This document shows, piece after piece, positions 63,242 to 64,000 of a DNA stretch of 64,000 nucleotides. The stretch covers positions 682,001 to 746,000 of the forward strand of contig JBLDXI010000011.1 in assembly GCA_047495785.1 (NCBI GenBank), in the 5' to 3' direction. The translations under genes and the position numbers were made by a program. This stretch comes from Lepidodermella squamata. Taxonomy: Eukaryota > Animalia > Gastrotricha. The stretch's first letter is position 1. Each line of letters starts with the position of its first letter. Under the pieces are notes generated by a model, which saw nothing but the letters and a program-made list of their open reading frames with translations, had not been told where the DNA came from and did no database searches.

Positions 63242-64000
63242 ATGAATCAAACATCGTCGAGACGAATTCTTCACTTCAGCTTGCCTTGTGAGCTTTCTTA
63301 ATTTTAATAATCATTTCATCATAATTCAATTATTCAAAGGTATCCAACACCCTGAAACTCCGCCAGATGTCGAAAAATTAAAGTTGGCTCTGAGCCAAAA
63401 TTTCAGCACGGTCGATTTGGGCAATCTAAGCGACGTGTTAGAGAGCCAAGATGAAGTTTCCTACAGAATCATCCATGCAGCTCTTAGTGGCATCGACTGC
63501 ATCTTGGTTTTCGTTGGCTGCAACTGTGAAGTTGATAAATTTCAACAGATCCTCAATTCGGCTAATTTAATGCTCAGCAAAATTTTCGGTCCGAATTTAA
63601 AAAATCGAATGCTTACCATTTTGATACGAAAACATGATGAGCAATCTGGTTCAACTGCAGTCAAATTTTGGGCTTTTGAAGCTGGTTGCGACGAGTTAGA
63701 AAAACGCATTTTCACCTACATTCAAGACTTGCCTCAAATTCGGCTATTTCCCGGCCAAACTCAAACAACGGCTGTTAGAATTCGGCAGCGATCGTTAGCA
63801 AATGACGGTATCAGTGACGATTTCGAAGATGCGCTCGAGGACATAGCTGTGGCTGCTTATCTAACTCGTAATAGTGACCATAACTGCCCTATTTCTGCGG
63901 TTAATCATGAAGGTGTGACTCTTTTGCCTGCTGAGATTCATCATGGGGATGATAACACGAGTTGCAATATGCCTGATTGCGATTGTGACTCTTGCGAATG
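63242..64000 (+). CDS. Partial gene running off the window: degenerate AIG1/GIMAP-like GTPase fold (63242-63287, 63340->64000)
   Basis: 220 open codons after a 52-nt intron. TVDLGNLSD, SGIDCILVFV and LSKIFGPNLKNRMLTILIRKHD follow the AIG1 pattern (DTPG..D, G.h..llV, iFG....iilfT..D), but no intact P-loop is visible. Confidence 0.55.

Overview
Eukaryotic, AT-rich, short-intron genomic DNA, probably invertebrate; the taxon cannot be fixed from the sequence. Most of the window is a tandem array of 15 genes/pseudogenes (plus one extra first exon) of one secreted cysteine-rich protein family that I do not recognise. All exon boundaries were read by eye. The family has two classes: 3-exon 'alpha' genes on the minus strand (A, C, E, G) and 4-exon 'beta' genes on the plus strand (B, D, F). 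They alternate strictly, mostly as close head-to-head alpha/beta pairs, and an older, inverted pair (H/I) sits at the right end. Each protein has a signal peptide, a CP-rich N-terminal module and two copies of a 6-Cys repeat; the first repeat carries a Tyr/Ser/Asn-rich loop that is hypervariable in sequence and length. The block B-C-D-E-F-G is present twice (about 6.95-36.8 kb and 37.55-55.4 kb). The array is next to a 5-exon TIR-ankyrin gene and a degenerate AIG1/GIMAP-like gene, which suggests (inference only) an immune or recognition locus. Mobile DNA includes a 5'-truncated Helitron flanked by an unusual 153-bp direct duplication; a very recent Ty3/Gypsy element (identical 261-bp LTRs, 5-bp TSD) with an extra CCHC-knuckle ORF3, inserted in gene D1; and many nested MITE/foldback elements in introns.
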